Part shown: positions 1 through 8,339 of the stretch, piece by piece | How positions within the stretch are numbered: position 1 is the first letter of the stretch | How the letters are laid out: every line of letters starts with the position of its first letter | Assembly: GCA_022839445.1 (NCBI GenBank) | Contig: JALHFC010000006.1 | Coordinates: 2,029-66,028 of the forward strand | From: Pelotomaculum sp. | GTDB lineage: Bacteria > Bacillota > Desulfotomaculia > Desulfotomaculales > Pelotomaculaceae | Direction of reading: 5' to 3' | Length of the DNA stretch: 64,000 bases | Translations under genes and position numbers: made by a program | The notes under the pieces: model-generated | Told to the model about the DNA's origin: nothing | The model's input: the letters and a program-made list of their open reading frames with translations, nothing else | The model's database searches: none

Positions 1-1
1 A

Positions 2-730
2 GCTGGAGAGGGGTTTCCTCATTTTGAGGCGATGAGTGGCTCGTGCAAGTTGGCAAAAAAGTCCCTGTCGCCTGATCTTGTTAGAAAACTAGAAAAAGAC
101 GGCGTTTTGGTGGTAACTTTGCCAAAACATTTGCACAGAAGAGAACACTTGGCCCGCAAGGCTTGCCAGCAATACGCCATCGACGAGTTTGCCGAAAATT
201 TAATCATCCTGGATACCGGGTATGCAAAACTGATGACTCCATTTTTCCCCCTAGATGTCTTGCGCACCCTGGAAGGTTTCCAGGACGCATGTTATGCCGA
301 CCCATATTCCGGTGGCAAGGGGAATTCCGTTCGATTTATGGCCATGGCGCCCTGTGACGACAGTCTAAAGGTTGCCGGGGTCGACAACCTGTTTTGTGCC
401 GGTGAAAAGGCCGGCTTGCTTGTAGGACACACAGAGGCGATAGCGACCGGATTTTTGGCCGGCCACAACGCCGCCAGGCTTATCGCCGGCAAAGGACCGC
501 TACTCCTTCCCGCTGAACTGGCTTGCGGGGACATTATTTCGTATATGCATGAGGAGATGGAACACCCCGGGGGTTTGGGTAAAAAATATACTTTTTCAGG
601 CTCGGTATATTTTCAGCGAATGCAAGAGTTGGGCCTGTACACGTTGGATATTCCGGCAATAAAAAAAAGAGTAAATAAAACGGGGTTAAAAGGTATTTTC
701 AAAAAGCGCCTGTTACACAACAAGTGTTGA
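2..730 (+). CDS. FAD-dependent oxidoreductase, C-terminal part (5' end outside window)
   Basis: The reading frame is open to the window edge. The segment NLFCAGEKAGLLVGHTEAIATGFLAGHNAA resembles the C-terminal FAD-binding segment of GidA/TrmFO-like flavoproteins. Confidence 0.45.
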   Translation, partial: AGEGFPHFEAMSGSCKLAKKSLSPDLVRKLEKDGVLVVTLPKHLHRREHLARKACQQYAIDEFAENLIILDTGYAKLMTPFFPLDVLRTLEGFQDACYADPYSGGKGNSVRFMAMAPCDDSLKVAGVDNLFCAGEKAGLLVGHTEAIATGFLAGHNAARLIAGKGPLLLPAELACGDIISYMHEEMEHPGGLGKKYTFSGSVYFQRMQELGLYTLDIPAIKKRVNKTGLKGIFKKRLLHNKC

Positions 731-767
731 AACATAATCGCCTGTTTTACTTGTCTTCCATAATATG

Positions 768-796
768 TACTATTTGCCAATAGGACTTCATAGAGT
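768..796 (+). promoter_or_regulatory. possible sigma-E-type sporulation promoter upstream of spmA
   Basis: tACTATT (768-774), a 14-nt spacer, then CATAGAGT (789-796), compared with the recalled consensus kmATATT-N14-CATACAnT. In B. subtilis spmA/B are sigma-E dependent. Confidence 0.3.
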
Positions 797-832
797 AAAA
801 GTAGACAAGCATGGGAGGCAGGGGGGACCGGT

Positions 833-1423
833 ATGGTAAATTTTATCTGGCTGGGCATGATTGTTTTCGGAATCATTGTTGCGGGCGCCAACGGCAATAT
901 TGAAGCAGTAACCAGGGCCGCCCTGGATGGCGCCGACAGCGCCGTTAAAATATCTATTAGCCTAATAGCTATTATCACCTTTTGGCTGGGAATCATGAAA
1001 CTGGCTGAAGAGGCGGGGCTGGTGCGGGCGCTGGCCTGGCTAGCGCGCCCGGTGATGCGCTTTCTTTTTCCCAGTGTGCCGAAAGACCACCCGGCCATGG
1101 GGGCGATCGTCATGAACCTGAGCGCCAACATCCTTGGTCTTGGTAACGCGGCGACGCCCATGGGGTTGATCGCCATGCGGGAGTTGCAAAAGTTAAACCG
1201 GGGCCGTGATACGGCGTCGGACGCCATGTGTACATTTTTGGCTTTAAATACATCCTGCATTACTTTGATCCCCACCACGATAATCGGCATCCGCTTGCTT
1301 TACGGTTCGGCCGACCCGACAGAAATCGTGGGACCGACCATTATGGCCACCGCTTTTAGCATGTGTGTGGCAGTTGTGGTGGATCGGATATTGCGCCGTT
1401 TGTATTCCGGCCGGAGGTGGTAG
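833..1423 (+). CDS. spmA: spore maturation protein A (nucleoside-recognition domain membrane protein)
   Basis: 196 aa and polytopic, with typical SpmA length and sequence. It lies directly upstream of spmB. RBS GGGAGGCAGGGGGG. Confidence 0.9.
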   Translation: MVNFIWLGMIVFGIIVAGANGNIEAVTRAALDGADSAVKISISLIAIITFWLGIMKLAEEAGLVRALAWLARPVMRFLFPSVPKDHPAMGAIVMNLSANILGLGNAATPMGLIAMRELQKLNRGRDTASDAMCTFLALNTSCITLIPTTIIGIRLLYGSADPTEIVGPTIMATAFSMCVAVVVDRILRRLYSGRRW

Positions 1424-1426
1424 CGG

Positions 1427-1963
1427 ATGTTTGGTCTGATCACTGAACTGTCCCGCTGGGCCATACCGGTGGTCCTGCTCATGGTGCCCCTCATTGCTGC
1501 CCTACGCGGGGTAAAAGTATATGAAACCTTTGTAGGCGGGGCCGAAGCAGGGTTTGCCACGGCCGTTAAAATTATCCCCTACCTGGTGGCAATGATGGTG
1601 GCCATAAGCATCTTTCGCGCTTCAGGAGCCATGGAAGCCCTAGTAATGTTCCTATCCCCCTTCCTCAATATAATCGGACTGCCGGCCGAGGTGTTGCCCC
1701 ATGCCATTATGCGCCCGCTTTCAGGCGGGGCGGCCCTCGGTATTGCCTCGGATACTATTAAAACCTACGGGCCGGATAGCTTTATCGGGCGCCTGGTATC
1801 CACCATGCAGGGCAGTTGCGACACTACCTTTTACGTGCTCACCCTATATTTCGGTTCCGTCGGCATCTGCAAATACCGTTATTCGATTATCCTGGGCCTG
1901 GTAGCCGACTTGACGACACTCGCAGCTTCAATTTTTATAGTAAGGACCATTTTTGGGATTTGA
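1427..1963 (+). CDS. spmB: spore maturation protein B
   Basis: 178 aa membrane protein located 3 nt after the spmA stop, forming the canonical spmAB pair. Confidence 0.9.
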   Translation: MFGLITELSRWAIPVVLLMVPLIAALRGVKVYETFVGGAEAGFATAVKIIPYLVAMMVAISIFRASGAMEALVMFLSPFLNIIGLPAEVLPHAIMRPLSGGAALGIASDTIKTYGPDSFIGRLVSTMQGSCDTTFYVLTLYFGSVGICKYRYSIILGLVADLTTLAASIFIVRTIFGI

Positions 1964-2183
1964 CCAGCCACGGAAACGCCAACCATGGGGACGGTGGCTT
2001 TGGCTGGTATTGCCTAATGGAAACTAGGCGCTACAGGGAACGCGACCAGGTTTTAGCCCGATCGAAAGGCCATAGAGGAGGTTACCGTTCATCAAGCTGC
2101 CCGTTTGATCAATCCTGGTGGGTAGTGCCTATCCTAGACCAGCCAAATCCACCGTCCCCGTGGCAGGTGCCCGTGGCAGGTGC
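1964..2183 (+). ncRNA. candidate structured RNA: about 217-nt imperfect rod-like hairpin (6S-like; MITE not excluded)
   Basis: Nested helices 1964-1973/2171-2180, 1977-1980/2166-2169, 1983-1997/2149-2163 (15 bp), 1999-2008/2138-2147, 2025-2032/2124-2131 and 2045-2050/2114-2119. An asymmetric internal bubble lies at 2009-2024 versus 2132-2137. Three G.U pairs (G1978.U2168, U1986.G2160, G2030.U2126) work only on the + strand transcript. Confidence 0.4.
2158..2183. repeat. perfect tandem duplication of a 13-mer (CCGTGGCAGGTGC x2) in the 3' arm of the hairpin
   Basis: 2158-2170 and 2171-2183 are identical by direct reading. Confidence 0.9.
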
Positions 2184-2470
2184 AGAATTATAGCGGGATT
2201 TGTCGCAAATTAAATCTATGCGGCTCCAAGGATATTGTTAATCCACGTTGAAACTACTATATGCGATCCTATTACCCGTAAAGATGGAGTGAATATGATG
2301 GCTGATAAGAAGCTGGATCAAGACGGCGTTATTATTACCTATATCGACATTGAGCCTATTAAGAAGTTGGCCCTGACCGAGGAAGCCCGTGAGTAAGACC
2401 GGGCGACACGTAACAAAGCCGGGCTAGTGGCGCGACTGTTTGAATGTGGTTTGTATAAGAGGTGATGTTG

Positions 2471-3718
2471 ATGGCAATTTATGTTAAGGAAACAGGTACT
2501 AAGTTGGTTGAACCGGGCGGGCGCCGGCAGCACGATGGTCCTCAAAAGGGTAGAACCCAAAGCCAATGGGAGGGGTTGGAAACCAGGTACCACTGCTTGA
2601 TGGCGGAATGCCAGGCGCTCCGGGACACCCTTGAAGAATTGGAAGAGTCCCGCAACCGTTATGCAGTCCTCTACGATTATGCTCCGGTAGGTTATGCCAC
2701 TTTAGATAACCAAGGGCGCATTAAGGACATTAACTTAGCGGGAGCTTCAATGTTTGGCATGGAACCATTAAAACTTATCGATATGCCGATGAGCGCTTAC
2801 GTAGTTAAGAGCGATATAAATCTGTTTCTTGAGCACTTGCGCCGTTGTAAACAATCTAATCAAAAAGTGTCAACAGAACTTAGCTTATTGTCCAGAAACG
2901 GCCGTCCTGTCCAGGTGCAACTTCTAAGTGTTCCGTATAGCTGCTCAGGTGGTAGCGCCCTTTGCTACAGGACTATTTTCACAGACATCACGGAAAGCAA
3001 GCTATATAAAAAAGAAATGGCCCGCCTCGACCGGCTTCATCTCGTTGGCGAGATGGCCGCAGGCATCGCCCACGAGATTAGAAACCCGATGACGACAATA
3101 CGTGGTTTCCTGCAATTATTTACAGAAAATAAAGACCTGTCCAATTACAAGGGGCACCTGGATTTGATGATTGAAGAGCTTGACCGGGCAAATTCCATTA
3201 TTAGCGAGTTCCTTTCCTTGGCCAGGAATAGAACCGTGGAATTAAAGGATCAAAACCTGAACACACTGATTAAAAACATTTTCCCGCTGCTACAGGCGGA
3301 CGGCCTGGTTACGGACAAGTCTGTGGAGTTGGACCTGCAGGACGTGCCCGGACTGAAGCTGGATGGAAAAGAGATCCGCCAACTGGTTCATAATCTGGTA
3401 AGAAACGGCATGGAAGCTATGCCTTCTTACGAAACTCTGATAATAAGGACATACATAGAAAATGGTGAAATTGTTTTGGCGATAGTGGACCGGGGCGGCG
3501 GTATCCCCCTAGAAATTGCTGAAAAGATCTGGACGCCGTTTTTCACTACCAAGGATACCGGTACCGGGCTAGGCCTAGCGGTCTGCTATAGCATTGCCAG
3601 GCGGCATAACGCCAGGATAGATTTTGAAACAGGCAAGGGAGGTACAACTTTTTTTGTAAGGTTTGGTATACAAGAAGCACATCAGCGCACTTTCACCTGT
3701 ACTCCGGAAACCGCCTAA
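2471..3718 (+). CDS. orphan PAS-domain sensor histidine kinase (sporulation-kinase-like)
   Basis: Coiled coil, then a PAS domain ([16 protein letters not shown]...TDITESK). H-box [18 protein letters not shown] box LVRNGMEAM and G boxes DRGGGIP / GTGLGLAV are present. No response regulator is adjacent. The start could be 2462 or 2465; ATG 2471 has the best RBS spacing (AGAGGTG). Confidence 0.85.
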   Translation: MAIYVKETGTKLVEPGGRRQHDGPQKGRTQSQWEGLETRYHCLMAECQALRDTLEELEESRNRYAVLYDYAPVGYATLDNQGRIKDINLAGASMFGMEPLKLIDMPMSAYVVKSDINLFLEHLRRCKQSNQKVSTELSLLSRNGRPVQVQLLSVPYSCSGGSALCYRTIFTDITESKLYKKEMARLDRLHLVGEMAAGIAHEIRNPMTTIRGFLQLFTENKDLSNYKGHLDLMIEELDRANSIISEFLSLARNRTVELKDQNLNTLIKNIFPLLQADGLVTDKSVELDLQDVPGLKLDGKEIRQLVHNLVRNGMEAMPSYETLIIRTYIENGEIVLAIVDRGGGIPLEIAEKIWTPFFTTKDTGTGLGLAVCYSIARRHNARIDFETGKGGTTFFVRFGIQEAHQRTFTCTPETA

Positions 3719-4120
3719 ACATAGGTACATAAAGAAACCGTGGGTATTTATCCCCGGCGGAACGTCACTGCGCTGAGGGTTTTTTGCTGGACATAGACGT
3801 GGACTGCCTTGGCTACCGCTAGGGTAATATGATGTTGCCTGCAGGATTTCGTGATCCTTCTTTGAATGCCCGTTTTTAAATTAATCATAGCCACCTTTTC
3901 CCCGGCTATGATATTTACCAAACCCCCTATTTGAATTGCAAATTAAAATATATGCAACTTTTATATATAGAATAGTGCTTGAAGTTGAAGGAATCTTTTG
4001 TATAAAACAGAATATAATTATTGTTCCAAATTTGCTTTTAAAAAAACATCCGAATTTGTACAGATCAAAGGTGCGAGCGGGAACAATAACGATTATTAAC
4101 ACTCTTGGAGGTAGTTTATT

Positions 4121-5101
4121 ATGTGGAGAACCAGGGGCATATTCCTGCTGGTCATGTCCGTGTTTCTTTTTGCCGCCGGCTGTGGGCCGGGCGGCAGTAA
4201 AATGCAGGACAGCCCGGCTAAACCGGAAAAAATTGTAGTGCAAGCGCCCGTGGCGCCCCCGACTACGCCGCTCTTTAAATTTGCCAAGGACGGCGACTTA
4301 AACGGGGTAAGACTTGAGCTTATCTTGTACAAATCGGTGGAAGAGGCAACCACCAGGATAGCCAAGGGCGAGGCTGATTTCACGGTGCTGCCCTTAAACG
4401 TTGCCGCCAAGCTATACAACAAGCAGGTGGACATATCCCTGGCTAACGTCAGCACCTGGGGTATTCTGTATCTTTTGACCACGGACGACCGGCTCGCCAC
4501 ATGGCAGGACTTGAAAGGTAAAGAGCTATATGTCGGCGCGCAGGGTTCCAGTCCCGATGTCCTCACCAGGTATTTCATCAGTAAAAACGGGATAAAAGAG
4601 GGAGATATCAAGCTTGCCTACCTTAACTCCCCGGAGATTGCCCAGCTGATGATCAACGGGCTGGTGAGTAACGCCGTATTGCCGGAGCCGCAGGCGACCC
4701 AGGTGTTAATGAACAACAGCCGGGCCCGCCTGGCCAGGGATTTTTATGAAGACTGGCAGGTTTTCGAAGGAAAGGATGCCAGGCTGCCCCAGGCCGGCAT
4801 GGTCGTCCGCAATGAATTTGCCCGCTTGTACCCCGGCGCCGTGGCGGAGTTTCAAAACGCCTATAAGGACGCCGTGGAATGGACCGTGGTAAACCCGGTA
4901 GAAGCTGCCCCGCTAGCGGCATCAAACATGAATATAGCGGCGCCGGTGTTTGTCAAGAGCATGGAAAAAACCCGCATATTTTTCTCCACCGGCGCAAAGG
5001 CCAGGGAAGATGTGAATACATATTTGTCCAGGCTGCTTAATATTTCGCCGGATATGGTGGGGGGAAAACTTCCGGATGAGAAATTTTTCCTCGCTGACTA
5101 G
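4121..5101 (+). CDS. ABC transporter substrate-binding lipoprotein, NMT1/THI5-like (NitT/TauT family)
   Basis: Signal peptide with lipobox LFAAGC. It resembles nitrate/sulfonate/bicarbonate-type binding proteins and is followed by the cognate permease and ATPase. Confidence 0.8.
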   Translation: MWRTRGIFLLVMSVFLFAAGCGPGGSKMQDSPAKPEKIVVQAPVAPPTTPLFKFAKDGDLNGVRLELILYKSVEEATTRIAKGEADFTVLPLNVAAKLYNKQVDISLANVSTWGILYLLTTDDRLATWQDLKGKELYVGAQGSSPDVLTRYFISKNGIKEGDIKLAYLNSPEIAQLMINGLVSNAVLPEPQATQVLMNNSRARLARDFYEDWQVFEGKDARLPQAGMVVRNEFARLYPGAVAEFQNAYKDAVEWTVVNPVEAAPLAASNMNIAAPVFVKSMEKTRIFFSTGAKAREDVNTYLSRLLNISPDMVGGKLPDEKFFLAD

Positions 5102-5828
5102 GGGCCTGGCGCCCCTTTTCGGATTAATACTTTTTATTTTGCTGTGGCAGCTGGCATCAGGTTACTACCACCGGGTTATTTTACCTCCCCCTGTGGAAGT
5201 GGCCCGGTCCGCCGTTAAGCTAGTGGTGAGCGGGCAGCTTTGGGAGCAGGGGGGGCAGACACTGGCCCGCGGTTTGACCGGTTTCGGGCTGGCTGTTATA
5301 GTTGGTCTGCCCCTGGGCCTGTTAATTGGCCTTAGCCCTTTGATATCAAGCCTTTTTAGGCCGCTCGTAGTAGGCCTGCAGGTAACGCCGCTCGTTTCCT
5401 GGCTGCTACTGGCCATGATCTGGCTTGGTTTTAGCAAGGTACCGTCTTTTGTGGTTTTCGTGACGACCATCCCGCTGATTATTATTAACACTGTCCAGGG
5501 AGTAAAAAATATCGACGTCCACCTGCTGCAGATGGCTAAGGTGTTTCAAATTAACCGCTCTCGTCTTTTCCGGGAAATTTACCTGCCCCAGGTCCTGCCC
5601 TACCTGCTGGCCGGTGTTATCACCGCCCTGGGCACTACCTGGAAAGCCGTGGCGATGGCCGAGTTCCTTAGCGTTTCCACGGGAATTGGCGCCAAGATGG
5701 CGGTATCGCGGATAAACCTGGAAACATCGGACCTTTTTGCCTGGACCTTTGTCCTGATCACCCTTGGTTTGCTTACAGACAGGCTTTTGAACTACCTTGT
5801 GAATAAAAGACTGCGCCACTGGATGTGA
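5076..5828 (+). CDS. ABC transporter permease (NitT/TauT family)
   Basis: 250 aa with 6 predicted TM segments and a BPD-transporter EAA-like loop (AKVFQINRSRLFREIYLPQVLP). Confidence 0.85.
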   Translation: MRNFSSLTRGLAPLFGLILFILLWQLASGYYHRVILPPPVEVARSAVKLVVSGQLWEQGGQTLARGLTGFGLAVIVGLPLGLLIGLSPLISSLFRPLVVGLQVTPLVSWLLLAMIWLGFSKVPSFVVFVTTIPLIIINTVQGVKNIDVHLLQMAKVFQINRSRLFREIYLPQVLPYLLAGVITALGTTWKAVAMAEFLSVSTGIGAKMAVSRINLETSDLFAWTFVLITLGLLTDRLLNYLVNKRLRHWM

Positions 5829-5835
5829 TTAATTT

Positions 5836-6603
5836 TTGATTGCTTTAGAACAAGTGCATAAGACATTGGGGCAGACCAAGGTCCTGGATGACTTTTCCCT
5901 GCATGCTGAAAAAAATGAAATTACCTGTATTATAGGCCCTTCGGGATGCGGCAAAACAACAACTCTGCAACTGCTGGCCGGGCTGGAACAGCCTGACGCA
6001 GGAAGGATCGTCGGGACACAAGGCATGCGCGTAAGCTATGTCTTCCAGGACCCAAGGCTATTGCTTTGGAAAACCGTGGCCCAAAACGTCGCGTTTGTTT
6101 TGCAGGACACCGTGCCCCTCGCCCGTCAGCAGGAACTGATCAGGAAGTACCTGACCATGATGGGCCTTAATGAGTACCGTGACAGTTACCCCAAGGCTTT
6201 AAGCGGGGGGATGAAGCAGAGGCTGGCCCTGTGCCGCGCTTTTGCCTACCCGCACGACCTTTTGTTGATGGACGAGCCTTTTAAGTCGCTGGATACCCCC
6301 TTGCGCTTGGGGCTGGTCTGGCAAGTGGCCAGGATGTGGCAGGAAAAATCCGGCACGATCATATTTGTCACTCATGACATTATGGATGCCCTGCTTTTGG
6401 GGCACAGGGTGATAGTCCTGTCCGCCCGCCCCGCCACCGTGCTGGACGACGTGAGGATAGACGCGCCGCCGGCGCAAAGAAACGTTCTGCAGGCGCCGCT
6501 TCCTGCCATACACGCCAGGCTACTCGACCTGCTGGAGGGGGAAAATAAAAAATATTTTCCGGACCTTTATATGACAGGGGGGAGTTCGAAAACGCCGGGA
6601 TAA
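5836..6603 (+). CDS. ABC transporter ATP-binding protein (NitT/TauT family)
   Basis: Walker A GPSGCGKTT, signature LSGGMKQRLAL and Walker B LLLMDEP. The start codon is TTG. Confidence 0.9.
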   Translation: MIALEQVHKTLGQTKVLDDFSLHAEKNEITCIIGPSGCGKTTTLQLLAGLEQPDAGRIVGTQGMRVSYVFQDPRLLLWKTVAQNVAFVLQDTVPLARQQELIRKYLTMMGLNEYRDSYPKALSGGMKQRLALCRAFAYPHDLLLMDEPFKSLDTPLRLGLVWQVARMWQEKSGTIIFVTHDIMDALLLGHRVIVLSARPATVLDDVRIDAPPAQRNVLQAPLPAIHARLLDLLEGENKKYFPDLYMTGGSSKTPG

Positions 6604-6727
6604 AACGGCGTGGAGACGGGGCTCAAAGAGTCCCACATGAAAGGAGTGGTTGCGCCACCGGCCCCGTGCCAGGCGCAGGTAACCGCGAGACCGCCACCTT
6701 ACTATTTTATTTGAAAGGAGCTTTTTC

Positions 6728-7360
6728 ATGGAAGTTGTTATGGAACGGCTTCAGAAGGTTATGGCCCGGGCCGGGGTGGCTTCCAGGCGGCGCTGCGAGG
6801 AGATGATCGCCGCGGGTATGGTCAAAGTTAATGGGAAAGTAGTTGCCGCGCTTGGAACAAAAGTAGACCCTGCCAGAGACAAAATACAGGTAGGGGGTAA
6901 AACTTTATTCCTTACGCCGCGCAAGTATTATATTCTCATGTACAAGCCCCGCGGCTATGTTTCAACGCTATCCGATGAAAAGGGCAGAAAAAAAGTGACC
7001 GACCTAACTCACCCTAAGCACCATGTGCGGAAAACCTACCTTGTGAGGGTGAAGGGCTTGCCAGCTTGGGAAAAATTAGAGCAAATGACCGGGGGACTGG
7101 TCCTAGAAGACGGCCCGACCGCGCCGGCTGCAGTTCGGCTGGCGGGTGAGCGAGAAGGAAACGCGCTCCTGGAAATTACGATAAGCGAGGGGCGCAACCG
7201 GCAGATAAGGCGGATGTGTGAGCATATCGGCCACCCCGTGCTGCGTCTGAAGCGCACTAGATTTGCCAATCTAAGCATAGAAGGCCTCAAGCCGGGACAG
7301 TGCTGTCATCTAACCGGGGAAGAAGTAGATAAGCTAAAAAAGCTGGTTTTGAATGAATAA
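6728..7360 (+). CDS. rluB: RluB/RsuA-family 23S rRNA pseudouridine synthase lacking the catalytic-Asp motif (in-frame deletion)
   Basis: An N-terminal S4 domain (RLQKVMARAGVASRRRCEEMI) and the C-terminal half (HPKHHVRKTYLVRVKG...EGRNRQIRRMCE) are present. The family block around ...YPVGRLDxxSEGLLLLTNDGEL... is missing between D92-L93 and T94 (about nt 7004-7009). Confidence 0.8.
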   Translation: MEVVMERLQKVMARAGVASRRRCEEMIAAGMVKVNGKVVAALGTKVDPARDKIQVGGKTLFLTPRKYYILMYKPRGYVSTLSDEKGRKKVTDLTHPKHHVRKTYLVRVKGLPAWEKLEQMTGGLVLEDGPTAPAAVRLAGEREGNALLEITISEGRNRQIRRMCEHIGHPVLRLKRTRFANLSIEGLKPGQCCHLTGEEVDKLKKLVLNE

Positions 7361-7598
7361 GCGAGCGAACAAATGTAGCAATAAAGCCTCCACACTTCTT
7401 GAATTCTACCTGTAGGGCTTTATTTGCTGGCTTTACCAGAGCCCCGCAAGATGATTCCTTTTCGCTCCTTATAGACAGGCAGGACTTTTCGCGGTGTTTT
7501 TTGTGATATGTAAAATAACTCAAACAAGAAGGGTTTTCCATAAGTCGAATAGAATATCTAAAATTGTTGACACCCAGTGACGGTGGGAGGGAAAGCTT

Positions 7599-8057
7599 TT
7601 GATAAACGACCAGGGTGAGGGTGGAAGGGACGGCATCCTCGTTAAGGTTCGTCTTGATTTTAAAGGTGCAGGCAAGCCGGGACGATTTTTATTCGGGGGC
7701 AAGTCTACGGATAAAGTTGCGGAAGAGTCAAGAGAACAGCAGGTCGCCATATTCCGGAACGTGCCGCTGCAGGGAATACATATTGAAGATATTGATATGA
7801 GCGCCGAGGTGTACACGGTGTTTGACGACATATCCAACAATGAAATTGCCTTTGCCCCGTTGGTCCTTACCATCAAGGCCGACAGTTTGGAAAATGTGAT
7901 CAAGTTTATAACCAGGGATGACTTTAGAAAAATTGAAATCCTTGATCCGGCCCATATCACTCTAAGCCATAGCGGTATTGAAAGACTTCTCTTTAGAGTG
8001 CACGAGGAAACAAAGGAATACAGAATGAGGCTGGAAAAAAGGTACAATTTAAGGTAA
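7599..8057 (+). CDS. hypothetical protein (152 aa)
   Basis: TTG start 7 nt after RBS GGGAGGGA. No family was recognised. Confidence 0.5.
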   Translation: MINDQGEGGRDGILVKVRLDFKGAGKPGRFLFGGKSTDKVAEESREQQVAIFRNVPLQGIHIEDIDMSAEVYTVFDDISNNEIAFAPLVLTIKADSLENVIKFITRDDFRKIEILDPAHITLSHSGIERLLFRVHEETKEYRMRLEKRYNLR

Positions 8058-8224
8058 AAGCCTTTTGCTACACAATCCCTTCGATTGGTGCCGCTCTTTG
8101 GCAAACGCATTCTGGTATTGTCATGCGATCCAAATGGATTACATTTCTTGGCGGGGGAGTAGAAAATGAAAGTGTTTACCCGCCTTGAAGGCTTTTTAAT
8201 GCGCCGGCTCCTGCAAAGGTTTAA

Positions 8225-8253
8225 TTGCTTTTCAAAAGTCTCTCAGCTATAAT
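8225..8253 (+). promoter_or_regulatory. sigma-A-type promoter for the HutP-family gene
   Basis: TTGCTT (8225-8230), a 17-nt spacer, then TATAAT (8248-8253). Confidence 0.55.
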
Positions 8254-8339
8254 ATGTTTTAAGCACTGTTTTATGGAACAAATTTGTCGAACACTCCTAA
8301 TGTGGAGTGTGTTTTGATCTATAACAAGGGGGGAGCGTT

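Noticed and set aside
613-1290. 225-aa ORF on the minus strand
   Set aside because: It is entirely antisense to the 3' end of the flavoprotein gene and to spmA. It has a low-complexity Ala/Ser/Arg-rich composition and no RBS, which is typical of a shadow ORF.
1816-2193. 125-aa + strand ORF spanning the spmB 3' end and the long hairpin
   Set aside because: It is out of frame within spmB and runs through the inverted-repeat structure. It has no RBS. The region is better explained as an RNA or repeat element.
3719-4120. Possible TPP or other riboswitch upstream of the NMT1/THI5-like binding-protein gene, and the 9-bp hairpin at 3884-3912
   Set aside because: No CTGAGA / ACCTGA-type TPP core or other riboswitch consensus was seen. 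The hairpin lacks a U-tract and the region is simply AT-rich promoter-like DNA.
8166-8252. 28-codon ORF (MKVFTRLEGFLMRRLLQRFNCFSKVSQL) with a strong GGGGGAG RBS
   Set aside because: It overlaps the predicted promoter of the HutP-family gene and has no recognisable features. It cannot be supported without conservation or expression data.
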